Assembly: GCA_051362555.1 (NCBI GenBank)
Contig: CM120646.1
Span: 310,001 to 374,000 of the forward strand
Origin: Lingula anatina
Taxonomy: Eukaryota; Animalia; Brachiopoda
Length of the DNA stretch: 64,000 bases
Direction of reading: 5' to 3'
Shown here piece after piece: positions 63,333-64,000 of this stretch. The notes under the pieces were generated by a model. That model saw nothing but the letters and a program-made list of their open reading frames with translations, did not search any database and was not told the DNA's origin. Position numbers and translations under genes: made by a program. Numbering within the stretch: the first letter of the stretch is position 1; each line of letters opens with the position of its first letter.

Positions 63333-63726
63333 TTAAGTTCAAGTATTGTAATATTGTCAAATTAGAGCTTTGTGATAGGAACATAACAAGCCTTATACAC
63401 CCTTGTTAACATTGAATATCATCAGCAATTTCAACATGTACCGTTAATTTTATGCATGTGGTTACTGTCACCAGTGTGTTTCTGACTTAATGCTTATCCA
63501 TTTTGATTAATAAATAGAAGGAAATAATTTAGATTATCACAGACATGATAGGGCTGCCTTTTATCTCTTCATGAAATAGTGCTCAGTTAGTCTGCGGATC
63601 ATCTGTTCTGAATGTGACCTTAGTCCCCACTGACTTATGTATCCAACAATGTCAATACTATGGATTGAAAAATCACTGCCATAATCTCTGAGTTTTATTT
63701 CATCTGTCTTTCTTGTTCTCTTTTAG

Positions 63727-63843
63727 AAACTTCCGGGAATTTTGTGAAACTCTCCAGATGGTCACCTTGAATTAGCCGGCAGCTGGGCTGTGTGGTGACC
63801 TCTTCTCACTGTATCTCCTGTTAATTTGTGATCATCAAGATGG
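63727..63843 (+). other. probable exon 2 of an unidentified divergent gene (5' UTR ending ATG G)
   Basis: Long pyrimidine tract + tttag| ... aagATGG|gtaagt. Confidence 0.5.
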
Positions 63844-64000
63844 GTAAGTACACCCCCCCCCCCCCACCCCATCACACCCCTCAAGACAAGACCTCTGTAA
63901 TAGCCCAGTGCTGCAGTAAGGCTGGGATGTAGTGATCTGATTGAAAGACTGGACTTGCTGAAAAATACTGTCAGTAGTAAATATGTGATTAGTTTATAAA

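Overview
AT-rich, intron-containing animal (invertebrate bilaterian-type) genomic DNA. (1) 1245-28906 (+): an essentially complete turtle/IGSF9-family Ig-superfamily receptor gene (signal peptide, 4 Ig, 2 FN3, TM, ~940-aa cytoplasmic tail). I traced 15 phase-compatible core exons by hand plus three optional phase-1 exons between the FN3 domains; one of these can read through into a hydrophobic, Cys-rich alternative C-terminus. The 5' splice sites of three consecutive Ig exons are each embedded in tandem repeats that multiply the donor site. (2) 32833-38528 (-): two tandem dispanin/CD225 (PRRT1/IFITM-like) genes. (3) 39-58 kb: transposon-rich region, including a three-level nest (LINE RT split by a 2.3-kb element with 2-bp TSD, which contains a ~730-bp palindrome and an AcademH-like element with a RecQ-helicase remnant) and a second AcademH-like copy with its own nested MITE. 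(4) 59198-61645 (-): two tandem DNAJC30-like J-domain ORFs that may share one leader, next to a probable bidirectional promoter (~62.3-62.7 kb). Also present are a Helentron/HINE-like element carrying a 146-bp satellite, Harbinger- and TTAA-type MITEs, and a visible CpG-depleted versus CpG-retaining domain structure with TAGGCCTA enrichment. All calls are by eye; no database searches were run.
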